From: Tubulanus polymorphus
Lineage: Eukaryota > Animalia > Nemertea
Assembly: GCF_964204645.1 (NCBI RefSeq)
Contig: NC_134028.1
Coordinates: forward strand, 22,936,345 to 23,000,344
Length of the DNA stretch: 64,000 nucleotides
Reading direction: 5' to 3'
The position numbers and the translations under genes are program-made. Shown here piece by piece: positions 11,641 through 26,784 of this stretch (within the stretch, counting starts at the first letter, position 1; every line of letters begins with the position of its first letter). The notes under the pieces were generated by a model. It saw nothing but the letters and a program-made list of their open reading frames with translations, searched no databases and was not told where the DNA came from.

Positions 11641-14600
11641 TACTCAATAGGGAAATGTCGTTGTTAGCAGCAACTCCCATACTTTTGCCAGATATTGCCG
11701 AAAGTGCATTTATTCCGACAGGTATTCCTAAACAGTGTCCGCTACTGATATCGCCCAACTGTAAATTAATTACCTGCTCTACGTCCTTGATGATGATGCC
11801 ATTTTTCACGATGTGGAAAATTAATGTCCCAGAAACTCCTGTCTTATCCATCCGTGACAAAATTTGCTGTTTCAGATCGAATTCTATTCGCGTTCTATAC
11901 GTTAGCTATGATAGACGAATTATGAAATATTTCCCTATCAATTTCCATAAATTTGATTTCGTTTCGTCGCGTCTAGACTTTTTCAATATGAATTACGAAC
12001 AGGATTAGGGAAGTGTATGATGTTGAATATCAATACCTTCTATAATTCATGGGTAACCAGAACAGAGGCCATGCTTTCCTTTTTGTTAAATTCAACAGCA
12101 CAATTGAACTAAAATGAGTGCATTCATTTCAAAGCTCCTACAGTTTTCTTCACCCGAGGACCGATTACACGGCAAACGAATTATTCTGTTCTAGATCGGA
12201 GGAATCACAGAACTAATGATTGATTAAAAGTTGGATCATGACGTTTGTGAGAAAATTAAAAAGGCTTTCGACAAAATGAAACCCGAAACAGATTCTAGTA
12301 GTGTATAGACGTAATACTAATTATTCACAGATTCTGAGAAACGGAAATACAAAAATGTAATACCTGATAGAATCAGCTGCATCATTCACATAACCTTAGT
12401 TTATTTGCATTGAATGTATTTTGAGGGTTCATTCAGTACGTGTGTACGCGCATTGCCTGCAGGTGATGATGGTCTTCGCAGACACCGTACATTCAACATT
12501 TTTGAGGTTTTATTTGATTTATGTTTTATCTCAGATAATAGTTGCTCTTAAACTAGTAAGATGAGAAAAGGCCACGTGTAAATTTCGATTTACAAATTTT
12601 CATCTCCGATCATCGGTCAAATTGGTCGTTGTCGAATCTCACAATTAGTTCGAATGAATTCATAGTTTTTTTAACGCCGTAAAGACCGTTACAATGATGT
12701 TTGTATATATTGATACTTAGTATGCGTCATATAAGGAGTTATGTGCACTACGTCATCAATATTGGCGTTTCAAAATTACATGTACAATTATGGGCTTTGG
12801 CGTTTATTTTGTAATTAAATAGATTTTATAAATCTTATTCTAAATTGATCTTTGAAATTATTTTTTGAGAGGATGTGTACTACGTCATCAATATATCGGG
12901 GCTAGACTGGTTGCCGGTTGGACAATTCAATTCAATTATTAATATATTAAAATCAAAAACAACTTTATTGAGCCTTAATATTGTATATAATTCATCATAT
13001 ATTTCATTGTCGACTATTAAGAAATATGTGTTATCTTTAAGGCGTCAATAAACTTTCAAGTTCCCGTGATTTTTTGGTTTCCATGGTTTTCTTCTCCAAA
13101 TAAGCCATAATGAAAATTTAAAAAAAGGCTCGAGAACTCGAACTATCACGACGCACGTGCCGTTATCAAACGAGAAGTCCAAAAAGCCAGACAATAAGTG
13201 TTAAAAGAAATTCTGATTACGGAACGGATGAGCGCAAATATGATCGTAATCATTTGTCTTGATAAGTCTGGCGACGAATACTGATAAAATAGGTAATTAT
13301 TGCCGATCAGACATGGGCGATGATAAGCTGTGGTAAGCAGTGATAAGTAGTCATATTCATATTCCTCCTGCTATCTTTAGGATAAGAAGAGACACACGTT
13401 TGATGGGTAACTTAGGTTAATGCACCGAAGAATTAATGATCTGTGAATCTTACACCATGTATAGATATTGACTGAGGTATTCGTCTATGACACAGTGCAC
13501 GATACCTTTATACCGCTACTGGTATAGTTTTGAACGGATATATTGAACTTAAGCGTGGTCGCTGTCCAAGAACTGCAATTCTATTTCGGAATTCAAGACT
13601 CCTGGTCTTGACCAACAACACCACCTGGCGAGTTGACTGACAGAAAAAAAATCAATTGCTGAAACGCACTCTTTGTAATCGAGATGCTCGTCTGATCAAT
13701 GCTGCCGGCTAGGCCTGTCTCTAGTAAACATTCCACTTATCTTAATTGCGACATTCAATCCATTTTCAAAAGAAAAATTTTTACTGAAATTCTACTTGAT
13801 GAGGAAAGTATCTCTAAATCTCATGTCTTACATTCCACGCGATTTTAGTGGAGATTCAAATCTATTAACTATCATTATGGATTATCGTTAAAATCGTCAT
13901 CCAAGCAATCCCATATCTTCGCTCTATTTGATGGTGTATATATATATATTTATTTATCTATCGATCAGTTCGAGGTTACTCCGGAACCGCATAATAATAT
14001 ACACCAACACACAATATCGATACGCAAGAGACAGGAGAGATCGAGAGAGTTGTAAAATCTAGCGCTGTTAACGCTGTTACCGACACCATTGAATCGCGTT
14101 CTCCACAATGGAATTCAGACATTCAAGTAGATACATGTAGTACCGTATGTAAATAGTAAAGAGAGGAGTTATCATCATAAATCCTTGCCGCTGTCGTAAG
14201 ATCCGAAATAAGAAAGTTTACAATTTAAAACATCACGCAAACGCATCTGTGTATTTTGTTGAATATTTAGCTGTTGTGCTTTCGTACTTATCACAGATTC
14301 AATTTTGTTCAATGGTGACAAATGCGACGATTAGTTTATACCGGTTCATTCCCTCCGAGGGATCTCTAACAGTGATTGAGCTATTCACTAACAGTGGTAT
14401 TCACTAATAGTTATGATAAGCGACGTCCCCGGCTACCGATAAAGTATATGTTACAACATACAACATCTTGTTCGAACGTTCACAACACAAATAAACCTTC
14501 CAACACAACACAAATAAACCTTCCAGATACACGATATAACTTTCTTAACAAAATAGTTACGTCGATGTTTACCAAAAATTTCGAATGTGTTGCTAACGTC

Positions 14601-15283
14601 CGGTTTTCGGTTCAGAAATACACATAGCCGCTTAGGACATTTCAAGGTCACAAATGGCGCGCATTTGAACCGCAAACAACTTCATTCATCTTTAAGTTCA
14701 CGTTTGGTTTAAAATCATGATATGTATCTATCTCAGCGCGTGCCATTTTGATTAAAATTACCCATGATTTGTACGCATTCCTCATTAATGATGACGCAAC
14801 TGGATCGAACATTTTCATGCAGGGACAGTAGTACAGTGTAAAAACGCCAAGACACTAGCGTGATAAACTATAAGGGCTCGCGGCTCATGTGATCATTCTT
14901 ACTCGTGTCGTTAAAATCAATGGATACCATTTATAAACCGGAAACCCGACTTCCGTCCATGACATACCCTGAAATGTTCGATTTCCGGAGCTCATAGCTG
15001 TGACCAATCATTGTACGATGCAAAACGGATTGATATGACGAATTGAAGTGAGAGGAGAAAGATTCGTTCGGTCGATATCAGACGAAAATATCAAATATTT
15101 CTCAATAAATTATCAAACATTCACTTTGCAACCTTCCAGAACATGATCGAGCGTCGAGTCGTTCCTAATGTCTAGACCTATAGCCGCGAGCCGCTTTTAC
15201 CCGGGTCAAAAACGTCCGACCAGGCGCCCGTGCAACAATTTCCAACACGGGTCAAATTATTCAGTGTGAATGCTAACTGTGAC

Positions 15284-15325
15284 CATGGACTCTAAAACGA
15301 AAACTAAATCGTTTCAGAGTCCATG
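15284..15325. mobile_element. 42-bp palindromic insertion with 7-bp TSD (CTGTGAC)
   Basis: ctgtgac|CATGGACTCTAAAACGA aaactaaa TCGTTTCAGAGTCCATG|ctgtgac. Confidence 0.8.
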
Positions 15326-17509
15326 CTGTGACTCTCCTCACTTACCACAGCATCATTTTGATAGCATGTTTTTATCGAGTGAGTGATTTACGTGTGAACG
15401 CGCTATCTAATTAGACACTTCACCTATATCTCATTTTATCTTTTCTTCATGTTCCTCCATCCTCACTTCTTTCAATTCGTCTATGTGCTATCTCTTGTTG
15501 ATTGCGTTGTTCTTCACTCAATTCTTCAAGTGCTCGCAGCTCTTGAAAATGTCGTTATTGTAGCGATCAAATTATGGTAACACCTTTTCAGCAGAACGCT
15601 CAAGGACCATCGACTTATCTCACACACTCTCTCCCTCCTCTCTCCTACAGAAAGTCAAATTCGTCGATATTAATTAGGCACCATATAAACTAGGCCTAAT
15701 ATGATCTTCCCAAGCATCTGAACAATTGCAATTAAATTGTGGAGCTCAAGAATACGTTACAATACCATGGCTCGATTACGATGCGGTCTTGTAACTAACG
15801 TTTCAAATTTAAGCGATTATTTCTATTACGGGTATCCATTTTTCTAAGACTTTTCAATTCGAAAGGAGCTGAATTAAACCAAGAAAGAATAGTATCTTTA
15901 GTTATTGGATAGAAATATAGGGGGAGGGTGAGCGGGTAATATCTGTATCTGTCGCGTATCTTCAGTTATTAGGAATTCTATCAGTTGTCGAAAGATCAGT
16001 TTTCATCACGCTTCAGTAAATAAAACATCGTCCGTCATCGTATTGACAATACAACTCGATATAAGGACACAATAAACAAACTGTTTCTGACTGTTAGATA
16101 AACCTCATAACGCACACGACTTGTTACGTTCCGCTGTAACCAACGTCACACGTCACGTCTACAACGTTCAACAGATCACTTGTACGCGTTCGACATGTTT
16201 TAATTAGAAATTCACGACGACTTCGAAAATCATCTCAAGCCGACCACTCGTAGGAATTCTCTTCGTTAGCATAAATATGGTTAGGATATTGTAGGAGAAA
16301 TATATAATCAAATCGTTTGGTACAACAGAACAGGACAGGATCGAGGCTAGTTGCACTAGTTTCACGAGGATTGTGTAATTACGACTTACCATCCGTGAAA
16401 CGGGACCAAAAGCCGGGCGGGGGCAAATGGCTGTCGTGTAGGGGTAAATGTTAGACCCTATAACCGAGCCGTATACAAAATGGCGGATTTTTCAACCGAT
16501 AAGATTATGTCTCAGAGCCAAATGGTTAGTGTTGGGTAGGGTTTAGGGTTTATTACTATAGGGTAGCTTAGGATAAGACCATAAGCAATTAAAAAGGTTC
16601 GATAGCTCGATGGTAAAATGCTGCGCTAACACTACGGTGCTTGCGTATCCGAAACCCAATTTTTTTGTGACATTTCTAGTTTTTTCAGTTTTTTAAGTCA
16701 ATGCGCATGCGCAGGATTCAACACCTACCGTTGAATCGTTGATTCAACATCTACCGTCATTCCTGTGCTGCCGTAGCTCGGCGCCTTTTTGAACTCAGTA
16801 ATGATTGTAAATTTTGCTCTCGACTCTGATTGTTTTAACACAATACCACGATATGTCACAATAAGATTACTGTACAAAGTCTTGCCGGAATTGAGTGTCA
16901 ATCTTGTCGTAAAAGTTTAATTAAATTGTGTACGGATTGTCAGAATCGAACGAAGTAATAAAGCGGATATTGTTCCTGTGGCTTTCCACTGAAGTTTGGC
17001 AGACGAGTTTCAGTCGTGACGATGGGGAAATTTCGAAGCCGTCGTTCCGTGTCGAAACACGAGTTTGCTGTTACAAAATGATGATATTCAATTGGGGAAT
17101 ATGTATTTCATTGCGCCTTTTTATCAAGCTCACAATCGTGGTCTCCTCGCTGGAGAAATTTACACAGAAAACTACCGAGTTATGACTATTTAGGCACATA
17201 AAATATCGAATAAACCATTGTTTGAGTATTATCATTCATTTTGTCTGTGCTAATCTGTTTATCTATGTACACCTGAGGTCCAACTAGCGTCATTATCTAG
17301 ACTGACACCTCCGCGTTTTATCTGCTACTTTAGTTAGGAGTTTGTGTTATATGCATCTGAGGGCCCACTCCCATTGATGTTGATTAATCTTTAATGAAAG
17401 AAACTATAAGCATGACGATATGAAAGATTGGTGACTGATTATCTAATCAATTTTATCAATGATTTCTTGGATAACGTTAGTTTTCACCACCAAAACGTGA
17501 CGAAACAGC

Positions 17510-17632
17510 AGCTCTCTCTTCTCTCCCCTCTCTCCCCTCCTCCCTCATTTTCACTCTCCCACTCTCCCCTCACTTTCGCTCTCCCCCTCCCCTCTCACTC
17601 TCTCTCCCTCCCTCCCCCTATCTCTCTCTTCG
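17510..17632. repeat. CT-rich polypyrimidine tract
   Basis: ~120 nt almost only C/T. Confidence 0.85.
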
Positions 17633-20194
17633 CTTTTAAAAACCTAAATCTACGAAAATCACTCAATCATCGCGGATTCCCATGAATATGTCACTGTATC
17701 ATTCATTATGAATCCAATTGCAAGGAAACCTACGTACAACATCGGAAACAAACTGTGGAACGTGATGAGTGTGATGAGTGTAGTTTTATTGACGATAGTA
17801 AAGTGAAGTTATTGACTTATTAATCAGCAAAACAAACAGTAACCCGAATCCCGAATAGAACGAGCTACAAATGAAAAAAAGCCTAAGAAAACCAATCGAT
17901 AGTCACTCCATTAGATTCGTCGCGAAGCTGGAAAAAATCAACACCTTTGAAATCTATTTTTCTTTAGTAACGAGTCAGTACATCAAAATGCCTCTCTGCG
18001 CTCGCTGATTTGTGATAATTGAGAAAAGTATAGATTTGCCGACCACAATTGCTAAAATGCTACCTAGGCAGCTCGCCCGGTAATTATAGAAGACAGTTTT
18101 CTCAGCTTCGGAATAAGACCTTGCGATAATTGAATTAATCGTACTCAGATGTGGCGCATACGCGTGTCGGTATGATAATTTGTATCGGTCGAAAAAATCC
18201 GTCGCACCTAAATAATCTAATTCATCTCCGGTACATTGAGACATGTCCAAAATTCCGCCGTCAACGATTGCGATAAAAATCACCGTATATCAGTAGACGA
18301 GCCGTCCAGACACGTATACCACGCTCAACGCCAATTCATTATATACGTTTCCGCCCTATTTGTCTGTTGATACCATTAAGAGTGGTTTTCACAGTCAATT
18401 TTTTTAAAATTGTCGAGGCCCACCCACAAACGCGACAGCCTAATGTCCAATCCACTTAGAGAACAGTCACTCCGTAATTAGAATGAAACGAGAAATGTCA
18501 AATAGAAATGGATATTGTATTCCTCTCCTACATATTGACTCGAAATAGGGAAAAAATGTTACAGAAACAATAGTAGACTGACCACGAATTGGTTTCAGTA
18601 AATAAGTGGACATTTGAAGATAAAACCCCAAATATGAAGAAAAAACTACGAAAGTATTTGACTTTTCAACTAACTTAGAGTTTCGAAAAATAGAATTAAG
18701 CCGAAACGTCAAATACTCTCGTAGTTTTTTGCTTCGTATTTTTCAATTGACCGCCGAGTATGAAAGTTACGCGATCTTACACCTAAAACTGGTGTTGTTC
18801 ATCTGGTGACGAACTTCGAAATCGTGTCCCTAAAAACAGATCTACTTCAGATTTATCGCGCTGTATAATACGCGTTCTTCTAATAATAGCTTGACTTTTA
18901 CATTAAAATATCATTTGCGCGCACTTTTCCGACCGATAATGCTCCAGAACTCCGACGAAATTAAATGAAATTGGCCATAAATTACGCACTAGCGACGTAG
19001 ACGCTGTCAGGAGTGTGGCTTTATCAACACTGTCTGATCGATTAGAACGTAGAATCTTTGATGCCTGGACAGTTTTATGTTCAATTCTTAATATTTTCAA
19101 TTAAAATGGCTGATACATCGGCTGGATGTAAAATGTAGGTGGAAGCTCTTTTAATGTTCACGCCGAGATTCACTCGCTTCGGCTGAAAAAGCTTTAATTG
19201 ACGAATTTATTACTTAGGAATCCGTGAACGATCTTTCTCGCAGCGATTTGCGAAGAAAACGATTAATTTTCGAGTTGATTTCCAGACATTCTTTTATAGC
19301 CTCGCATATAGCGCCGACATATCGAGATTCCAGAACCATTTCCGCGTCTTTCCGCAATAAGGTTAGTTTTTCCAAAGACCTCCCTCAACGACGAAGAAAA
19401 CCAACAGTCAACGTTGTCGTTCATAGCGACGATTTGTTGAATCTACCGGCGTTTGTTTTGTATATGGAACTGATAGAATCAACAGTGGGAATAAACGCAA
19501 TATTCGGTGTCCTCAGTTCGACCTATACTCGACCGAGTCCAAGTTGAATAAGGGATCTCATTTTATGCCTGGGAATAATTTCTATCTAAAAAGTTTTCAC
19601 GGGTCGGTCGCACAATCATCTCATTTCGCCTAGGATTTTGAAAGTATATTTTACACCAATATAAACATCTTAGTTTTGATATATAGACTATAAATCTGAC
19701 AGGCTCCGGATACGCTTTTAGGACAAATGGTTCACTCTAGAAAAACAAGTGGTTTTTCGGCGTCCCTCTATGGAGAGCCCCTCAGTATACACGTTTGCGC
19801 TCTTTAGTGGTGTCGTAAAAGTTTAAGCGCTTTTACATAATACTGTGATGTATGTCGAATTTGATGATGTCCCGAGCTCTTGTCGTGGTAGAAACCGTGA
19901 CGATGAGATATTTAATTAAATGTAATATAAACATTTGCTCCACGAACTTTATCGTCGCTGAGTCAAGATTAACGATCCTACCATCGAATTGGATTGAACT
20001 CCGCGCGCTTTTAACAGTCGCATTTAGTGTCGTTTGATGCTTCGCATGTTCCACTTACTTTCGTCTAAGCCGATGTTTTTTGATAGCCACGTCCGGTACT
20101 TTCTTCCCTACGAAGTGCCAATTCATCAGTATTTTTAAACTGTGACAAGACAAGAATATACTTTGGATTATGATACACATCGAAGCAATGAAAA

Positions 20195-20417
20195 CTATGG
20201 TGGCTGATTTGGGCCACACCGAGGTTTTTCGAGCGCAAAAATCTGAAAAAAAATTTGATAGCGAGATAACAAATACTGACGCGAGAAAACAAAAATAAAC
20301 GCGAGAAAACTAAATAATTTGTTTTCTCGCGCTAGAATTTGTTTTCTCGCCATCAAGTTGGTTTTTGGATTCTTCGTGATCGTAAAATCTCGGCGTGGCC
20401 CGAACCAGCCACCATAG
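20195..20417. mobile_element. Foldback MITE, CTATGGTGGCTG TIR family
   Basis: CTATGGTGGCTGATTTGGGCCACACCGAG ... CTCGGCGTGGCCCGAACCAGCCACCATAG; internal CGCGAGAAAAC repeats in both orientations; A-run on both flanks. Confidence 0.8.
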
Positions 20418-21774
20418 AAAACTATGCATTTTCTTGAAAGTATCATACTAAAATATAATTCCGTGCTCATGCACTGCCGTGTGCGCCGTAGTGAGAAAAA
20501 TCAGTCCATTTCCCTAAACTCAAATGTAAATCGGCACAATCATACATATATATATATATATATATAAATATATATACACATTTCCCATTCTCAAGGTTAC
20601 AGGATATAAGAAACTTCTAGAAAATGCTTTTTAGCTGATGAAATTGCATTATTATCGAAATGTATTTCACATTTTTCCTGCGCATTCTATTCGTACCACA
20701 TTTTCACGATTAATCACCGTTCGTAACAGTTTTATAAGACGACGCGCGTAAACATAAAGACCTTCGGAAAATTGGAGGTGTCGATCTGACACTAATTTCG
20801 AACCATTAACACAAAAAGAAACAATTTCGATATATTGCGTTTTGTCCTGAGAAATCCAATATCGCAGCAATTACTTTCAAGCCGATGAATTGGACCACTT
20901 TGTTTGAAAAAAAAAACTTCGTCCGCGTGACTTGATACTCGTAACTATTGTTTCCGGCGCAGTGAAGTGATCTCTTGCTCTCGAAGACCTGGTATCCCAT
21001 CACGGTTCCTGGAAAATGATCACTCTTCTTAATGAGTTATTCAATGTTAAATCGCTCAATGTTGTTCTCATGTAAAGCGGTCGTGTAAGGATACACGTCG
21101 TCTAATGATTGTTAATGTCACTAGGATTCACTTGTCATCAATATCGACATAAACACACGTTACATTTGATATTACCTACTGTTTTTTAGAATGCTGTCCA
21201 GCCGGTAACATCAATATTCATCAACCCTAATCGATAATGTACGTCGTCCACTTAACCCGGCTGTATTGTTGGTCTGTTAGAGGTGCGTCAAAATCAAATG
21301 AAACATTCGGTCGAAATATCCGTAGGTATTATTACACGCGGAATCGCGATATTACACGTGTGAAATAAACATGTGCTGTTTTTCTATTTCCCATAACGAT
21401 GTAGAACTCGATGCAAAATCTCATTCGATTTATTTTTAAACGTTAGATCTCTTTCTGCGACCTACCGACCTGTTGTTGGTTCTGCTTTGAAATACGGGGA
21501 ATTTTTGGTGGTAAATGTTGATAGAGTTGACGCGAGTTGACGACGGCAGGAATCCCGATGGAATTCACAATCGTAGAGATAGTTTTTATGCTTCGGCGGA
21601 AACTTCAAGTTGCCTTTTATCCGTCGCTGATGCAATTTGGTTTCATTGAAGTCGCCCGTGGAAGCTGGATAACCTCATCTTCTGTCTCTAAAAGGTCCCG
21701 TCACAGATAAAGAGAACTTAGGCGTTTATACCGTATACGTGAAGTGAATTCGTCGAAATGAAGCTTCGATATCA

Positions 21775-22044
21775 CTGGGGCTGATTTAGGGGGTTCGGAC
21801 CGCTGCCTTCCCATTGAGGTTGCCGATCACACGATAAATGCACGAAATCGACCAATGAAATACGTAGATAACAGGGTCAATCCCTATTTTAAGATGAAAA
21901 AACCCTGCAAATTCGGAAATTTCATCCTTTCGAATGGATTTCTCCAAAGATATCTAACACTGAGGGTGGTGCCCTATAATAGCCTATGACGCCCTGTATC
22001 TGAAAATTGCCTTAAGGACCCCCTGCCTTTTTAGACTCGCCCTG
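21775..22044. mobile_element. MITE-like element, CAGGGGCGGAT TIR family (decayed)
   Basis: CTGGGGCTGATTTAGGGGG ... TAGACTCGCCCTG. Confidence 0.5.
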
Positions 22045-23127
22045 TATCATCGTAATGAATTCAAAAGATTCTCCTGGACGTCCAATGGAAAATACATCGA
22101 ACCTCTACAACGGAATATTGGGGGAGGTTTTTCATATGACGCACGGGATTATTACAATGTTTTGATATTGGCAAAAGCCGTCTCTCGAGCGAAGAGGACA
22201 AGTTGTAACAACTTATTAAAGATATTATTGCACATTTCCAGACGAGTGGATAGAATCTATCAAACGACTCCTGTAACAAATCCAATAACCGCACAAACGA
22301 TCGCTGTTTCATCTCTAGGTACTGTTTTGTTCGTCGTTTCAGTCGCAGGCTTATTGATTATTGTAAAATCCAGACTTACGTCTCGAAACTCGCTTTGAAA
22401 ATGAATCTTTCAAAAATTCAAACCGGTCTAAAAAATAAGACTAACAGTTTCTAAGCCGTGGAAATGCACTCTTTTAAGTGACAGAGGATGTGAAACCCAG
22501 CAAAAGATCTTTCACGAAATATAATCTATATACGATAGGCCTTCTAACAATAGGTCTACACAGGCCTATTACGCTTAGTGCCACAAAATTCTTCGAATCA
22601 GTCTGCGCAATTTAAGCTCATGGGGCATAAGTCGCACTGACTACATCTATATAATAGTTGATATTGGTGATACATCTTTATGCCGTTGTTTGTTGTGAAA
22701 AGCGTGAAAAGCATGGAAGGAATTCATCATTTAGATAATGACAGGTCTAATAAGTCAGACTGTCGGCTCCAGAGAATTCCCTCTTGAATATTTCATTTGC
22801 CACAGTGATAAGAATCTAATGACATGGTGGAGACAGATAATGATCATGAAAAATAAAACAACCATGATTCGGCATTTCAACTTTTGCAACGCCGCAAAAT
22901 AGTTTGATTGTTTTAGGCGTACATGTGTAAGGTTTAGTGGGATTTATTTCGAAAGCAACGGGTTTTTAGAACACGAAAGCTCAGTGCAAAATGGTTGTAG
23001 ATGCAATGTACTCGAACTTTTGATCTTAACTTCTGTTAACCAATTTACCGCTGAGTTATGCACCACCTGCTTTTGCTCATTGTGCGCTGACAGGAGACTT
23101 CGTTGACAAATTGAATAACGGTCATCA

Positions 23128-23200
23128 GCCGAAATAGCTCAGTTGGGAGAGCGTTAGACTGAAGATCTAAAGGTCCCTGGTTCGATCCCGGGTTTCGGCA
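23128..23200 (+). tRNA. trnF-GAA: tRNA-Phe (GAA)
   Basis: GCCGAAATAGCTCAGTTGGGAGAGCGTTAGACTGAAGATCTAAAGGTCCCTGGTTCGATCCCGGGTTTCGGCA, the canonical metazoan tRNA-Phe; T6 Pol III terminator just downstream. Confidence 0.98.
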
Positions 23201-23719
23201 GATATTTTTCTTTTATTTTTCAAAACCAATCCTTTCTTTGATTTTTTTCATCCGTCCATATACTGCGGATTGTTAATCGATTCGCGTAATATAAGTCCAG
23301 AAAGTGTTCAGTTTCGTATATGATTGATAGGTTCGTTGTATTTACATTGGCAAGTGATAGATTGTAAAATCTATGCTATCGTTCATAGTTTACGATTTGA
23401 TCGAGAAGTTTAGATGCACCCGACTGTAATAACTAATCCCGCTAGATTCGATAAACACATATCTTATTGACATTATATAGATTATTACTCAGAAACTTAA
23501 TTCGATTTTAAAGATTGGAAACAACAGTAAACGTTTTCATTATTTGGCAAATGTTTGCCTACGGGAACACTTCTAACCCAATGGTTTATTGTATTAACAC
23601 ATTACCAGCGCAATTCCTTTGACTTATAACATAATACGAGTGTATAACAAGAAACCATGGAGGTTTTCTTGTTGAGTTTTAACCTAATAAGAGATATTTC
23701 ACATCTTCGGGAAGTTGTC

Positions 23720-24008
23720 CAGGCGCGGATTCAGACGGTAGCACCGTATAGGCACGAGTTACCGTCGCGAAAAGGGCACATTTCTCCCGAGCGAAGAGGC
23801 ACGAGTTACCGTCGCGAAAAGGGCACATTTTTTTCAAGGCGATGATTTTCAACCAAAGGACACATTCAGTCGTCCATAAATTCCGAAAACAAAAACAAGA
23901 AAGGGCACACCATTCTTCAGAATTTCTGGGGAGCTCCAGACCCCCACCGTTATGGTGGAGAATGCTCTTTTTCATCAATTGCGTTACTCTCAACTGGATC
24001 CGCCGCGG
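23720..24008. mobile_element. MITE-like element, CAGG.GCGGAT TIR family, with an internal 34-bp exact duplication
   Basis: CAGGCGCGGATTCAG ... CTGGATCCGCCGCGG; AGGCACGAGTTACCGTCGCGAAAAGGGCACATTT at 23750 and 23797. Confidence 0.65.
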
Positions 24009-26241
24009 TTGTCACGAAGTTATAATAGCCTTATTGTCTACGTCCAAGTGTTTAGACTACCATCTCTAATAGTCTTATTCATACGCACCTGAAGGTATAG
24101 TATATATTCGTATGGCCACAGATTCCCCCGATGCCAACGGCGAATCGCTGCTGCGTGCATCACTATCAAATAATCCATTCTCGTAATGCGAACAAAGTCT
24201 CCTTCCCATCATCGGCTACCTATTAATGCGTCGAAATCAAATTGATCCCCGAAATCTGAGACAAGATCTGTTGACCGTTTGTGCAATACAACCCGATAGT
24301 TTAGTAATTCGACGATGGAAACTGGGGCATATTTGTTTATAGATAATGAAGACAACATGATGACTCGAACGCACCGATTGGGATCAATATCCGCCCAAAT
24401 AGGTTTACCTCTCCTCGCCGCTTGTGGCGCGGCTTTTACCGAGGAAAACCGAAAACCGGATAAGATGCCTGCAGAACGTGTTATATCTTGTGCGAAATCT
24501 GTCGAATTGTCACTAGGACAAATCTAATTTCTGACAGTCGCGAATTGAGACAGTCGTCGAATTCCAGCTACTTTGATGTATAAGATGTTAGGTAAATATC
24601 GCAAAGCTTTCAGATGCGATTTGAACTTGATTTGCCGAGGAGAACGGCTTTCGAAATTCTTTTGATAAATCAAACGGTCGTTTTTCTGAGTAACAATGAC
24701 GCATACAAGCGGTGGATGCCGCAGGATCATCAACGAAATATTTATTAGAACAGTGCGCGGTTGAAGTTAGTGATATTTTATGAGCAACCTGAGCAACAGA
24801 TCTTTTTCAAAAGATTTTCTCTCTGAAGCTTGGTATATGCGGATGTATATGGTTCGACGCGTCTCTACGATGCTGCACGTGTCAGGATTGAACACGAACG
24901 TGCGATGGAACCTGCCTTTTTTCCCGAGTAGAGCATTGACGATTCCGATGTCGTTGTTCTGTTAGCAGTAATAAACGTCGGAATAATGCGTCTGACTTTC
25001 AGCTGTATGCTACTCAGGGAACTGAGAATATTCAAGCTTGAAATGGACCATTAATAACCATTAGAATAAATGCCAAAAGTCGAATGCCATGCATTTTCTA
25101 CGCGAGTTGTGCTCGACATTAGATATAGCTTATTTTAAGCTTGGCATAGCTCTGAGCATATGAGTATATCATAAATCTGGACACGGGCTGACGTCCCTCG
25201 CCGATAGGACGCAGTTCCCTGAAGGGCATAAATCGTATTAAGGGTACACGACCACTGTGGCCCTGGAAAATGAAGCCGTAGTACGGAAACCTTGCGCTTT
25301 TATGAAACTGCGTCTCGAATCCGCTGTTTTTGATGTCTTAATCAACGTCCAATATGAGGGATATTTTTCACAGCGATCTCTCTACATATTGTCTAGACTA
25401 GATGATCGCTTTTAGTGATTGGTTAGTATCTGTTGATGAACGAGCCGGGTTATCTCCGAGTCGAAAGTTACTTAGGGAAATAAATAAGCCCGAAAAGCAA
25501 GCATTTTTTACTTTGATCTGGGAAACCGCGAATAAGTCAGGAAGCAACTAGGATTTCACTTAATCTCTAATAACCGAAATGGAGTCGTCAAAATGAGAAG
25601 GTGTTTTTTGCATGTCCACGAAAAAAGAAAACTGAATGAATATTTGGCTTCGGTAAGGGAAGAAGATAATACCGCGTGCCCTTTATTCGTCGTTCATGGT
25701 GGATTTAAAAAGTAAGGATAATAACTTGACCTGTGTGGCGCGTATATCCATCTTGTTTAAGAGGGATATTCGGCCGGAGCGGTGGCACTACAGGATATTA
25801 CCACCAGATATTTGCCACAATCCAATCAACGCAGTCAAATCTTTATAACAGCTTAATGAAAGAGGGGAACGGCTGAGGAGAAACGCTAATGATGTGTTAT
25901 CAAGTTTAACGATAGCTACATTCAGGAATATTGATACGTCGGCTACAAGTCGGAGGCCTGCTCTGCTCGACTAGCGCATTATTTTATACGCCATCATTAA
26001 TGGCCCGCAGCCGCTGACAAATTGTATTATTGCCTTGACGAAAATTGAAAAGGGTGTCCTGCGCGTCAAGATTCGCTCGCGAGTTTAAAATTATCCAAAT
26101 CGTTAATTTTCGAATGTCGATTCGATCGATAAATCGATGATGCCGGCCGTTGACGAGAGGTGCTACGGCTCGATCGATACAGAACCTTGAATTATCGCTC
26201 AATTCACCTCCGACCCTAGATTTCATTGTGCAGTAATGTCG

Positions 26242-26396
<155 letters not shown>

Positions 26397-26754
26397 GTTA
26401 ATAGCGACAGGTAGAAAAAAATCGACGAAAATGGATCGAGGAAAATTGGAAGGCGGGTCTGAAGGATAAAGGAGGGTATTCTTCGGGTAAAGCAGCCACG
26501 CCGAAGGCCACAAGTATTAGAAAATCTGAATGAAATACATCCAAAAAAGATGCAATTTCCCAGAGGATGAGTGTCAGATTTGCAGGATTCAACCATCTCC
26601 TCTGGGAAGGTATGGGGCCAGATTCCCGAAATAACCCGTAGATCTTAGTGAAAATGGTTCACTTGGTGCAGCTCAAAGTGTGTTTAATAATACCTCGTCA
26701 TTTCCTTGACCGGCAGGTTCTCCGAGTTATAATGCACCTTTTTATTCGCTAATC

Positions 26755-26784
26755 CATGGACTCTTAAAGAGTGGACTCTTTTAG
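26755..26784. mobile_element. 30-bp one-ended CATGGACTC insertion with 7-bp TSD (GCTAATC)
   Basis: gctaatc|CATGGACTCTTAAAGAGTGGACTCTTTTAG|gctaatc. Confidence 0.6.

Noticed and set aside
11945-11992. TTGAAAA-A-GTC...GAC-GAAAC on - (U3-A8 hammerhead variant)
   Set aside because: Stem I and the cleavage site are not in register; could be chance in AT-rich DNA
11630-12008. ORFs with MDKTG (DETG-like transposase motif)
   Set aside because: No other DDE motifs recognisable
16500-16570. GGTTAG/TAGGGTTT telomere-like motifs (also ~41545-41590)
   Set aside because: Scattered and degenerate; more likely internal to an unidentified repeat
19750-19790. CTGAGG-GGC...GCC-GAAA on -
   Set aside because: A9 absent and no UH or stem I
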